DNA of 64,000 bases from Candidatus Omnitrophota bacterium (GTDB taxonomy: Bacteria > Omnitrophota > Gorgyraeia > Zapsychrales > Fredricksoniimonadaceae): positions 16,872-80,871 of the forward strand of contig JADFYI010000005.1 of NCBI GenBank assembly GCA_015233145.1, written 5' to 3'. Below the pieces are notes generated by a model. It had not been told where the DNA came from and searched no databases. It saw only the letters and a list, made by a program, of their open reading frames with translations. A program made the position numbers and the translations under genes. This document shows, in pieces, positions 63,119 to 64,000 of the stretch. Within the stretch, counting starts at the first letter, position 1; each line of letters starts with the position of its first letter.

Positions 63119-63952
63119 ATGAATTTGGATCCTGAAAAATTAGCTAAAACAGAAATAAAATATCAGATTGCCAGAACTAGAGAGGACCTGGAAGATTCTT
63201 TTTCATTGGTCTATAAGGAATATGCCCAAAGGAAGTATATTCCGCAGGACTTTAAGAGCAAGATGCGGCTTTCCTTATACAATGCCCTCCCTGAAACCAC
63301 GACCTTTGTTGGGAAACATGCGGATAAGCTTATCGCCACGGTCACGTTGGTCCCGGATTCCCCGCTGGGGATTCCGATGGATAAAATTTACAAGACAGAA
63401 GTTGATACTTTAAGAAGAAAGGGGCTCAAAGTCGCGGAAGTTTCGCAACTCTCAATCGACGGAAAGCTTTTTCCCAAGGGCTGGTTTTCGATGTTTAATT
63501 TCAATAAGCTCATTTTTATTTTCAAGCTTTTCAAGCTTGTGCTGGATTACGCTTTGTATGAAACAAAGATTGATGAACTTTGCATTGCTGTCAATCCCAG
63601 GCATCAGTATCTTTACAAGTTCCTCTTTTTTGAAGAGCTGGGCGGGCTTAAGGATTATGGCTCTGTCAACAAAGCGCCGGCGCTGGCCAAGCATTTGAAT
63701 ATACGCTCAGCAGAACAAAAAACCAAACAAAAGCAGGGCGTGCATAAGATATTTTTTGGCCAAAAGACCGACCTTAAGGCGTTTGAAAACAAGTTTATTT
63801 TGACGGCTGAGGAGCTGAATTATTTTTTTATTAAGAAGTCGGAGATTTTTCTTAAAGCTGAGAGGGATCAGTTGGCACAGGTTTTAAGTTTTTACCCGCA
63901 GGAGATTTCCTCTCCTATTATGGAAAAGATGGGAAAATTCCACAAAAGCTAA
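63119..63952 (+). CDS. FeeM-like N-acyl amino acid synthase / GNAT-fold acyltransferase (tentative)
   Basis: YQIARTREDLEDSFSLVYKEYAQRKYI and ...VAEVSQLSI patterns resemble FeeM/autoinducer-synthase-like acyltransferases. Confidence 0.35.
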   Translation: MNLDPEKLAKTEIKYQIARTREDLEDSFSLVYKEYAQRKYIPQDFKSKMRLSLYNALPETTTFVGKHADKLIATVTLVPDSPLGIPMDKIYKTEVDTLRRKGLKVAEVSQLSIDGKLFPKGWFSMFNFNKLIFIFKLFKLVLDYALYETKIDELCIAVNPRHQYLYKFLFFEELGGLKDYGSVNKAPALAKHLNIRSAEQKTKQKQGVHKIFFGQKTDLKAFENKFILTAEELNYFFIKKSEIFLKAERDQLAQVLSFYPQEISSPIMEKMGKFHKS

Positions 63953-64000
63953 AGCGCAGGGTTTTTTCCAGGTCAGAAGCTGTAGGTGAGGTGTGAATAG

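Noticed and set aside
1-64000. CRISPR arrays, rRNA genes, transposases, integrases, phage genes and toxin-antitoxin or restriction-type defence genes
   Set aside because: Intergenic gaps are all shorter than about 300 bp and show no spaced direct repeats. No ORF carries DDE, tyrosine-recombinase, nuclease or ATPase-defence motifs that I could recognise.

Overview
This 64-kb window comes from a diderm, probably anaerobic and likely uncultivated bacterium. It has TolC-like, OMP and GT9 genes, plus hcp and many radical SAM genes. I found no rRNA, CRISPR array, transposase or integrase.

Left third (1-25.8 kb): mostly core and stress functions.
- 3' end of kdpB, then kdpC and a kinase-less kdpD.
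- A YHS protein and a CsoR-controlled cusCBA-like RND efflux operon with a recognisable operator.
- Single-domain response regulators, a GH26-like hydrolase, a 905-aa OMP and an AhpD-like protein.
- tRNA-Arg(CCG), and an unannotated 49-aa Cys-rich mini-ORF coupled to a CxC permease.
- Homospermidine synthase with ornithine decarboxylase, hisI, and an Rrf2-ferredoxin-hcp operon.

Middle (about 25.9-57 kb): an accessory-looking block that looks more AT-rich by eye (not computed).
- It holds 12 separate ORFs with a CxxxCxxC radical-SAM motif.
- It includes a complete His-Xaa-Ser (HxsD/D'/C/B/A) peptide-maturation cassette.
- It includes a roughly 20-kb, four-transcription-unit island with nine radical SAM/SPASM-like enzymes, three of which form paralogue pairs.
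- These are interleaved with two glutaminase-less asparagine-synthetase-like enzymes, a PaaK/CapK-like ligase, a DUF3419/BtaA-like protein, a KPR-like reductase, a possible ABBA-prenyltransferase-like protein, a DegT aminotransferase, GT9 and another GT.
- An A24 prepilin-peptidase homologue is embedded in the island, and a 641-aa Cys-rich protein with an Flp-type prepilin N-terminus sits at its far end.
- I cannot map this island to any characterised pathway. It is my main candidate for an undescribed system.

Right end (57-64 kb): a CBS protein, a carbamoyltransferase-SxtJ-DUF5989 cassette, GH1 beta-glucosidase, plsC, a REC protein, two PilZ proteins and a FeeM-like acyltransferase.

All family assignments rest on motifs read by eye and recalled family knowledge. 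No database search was run.
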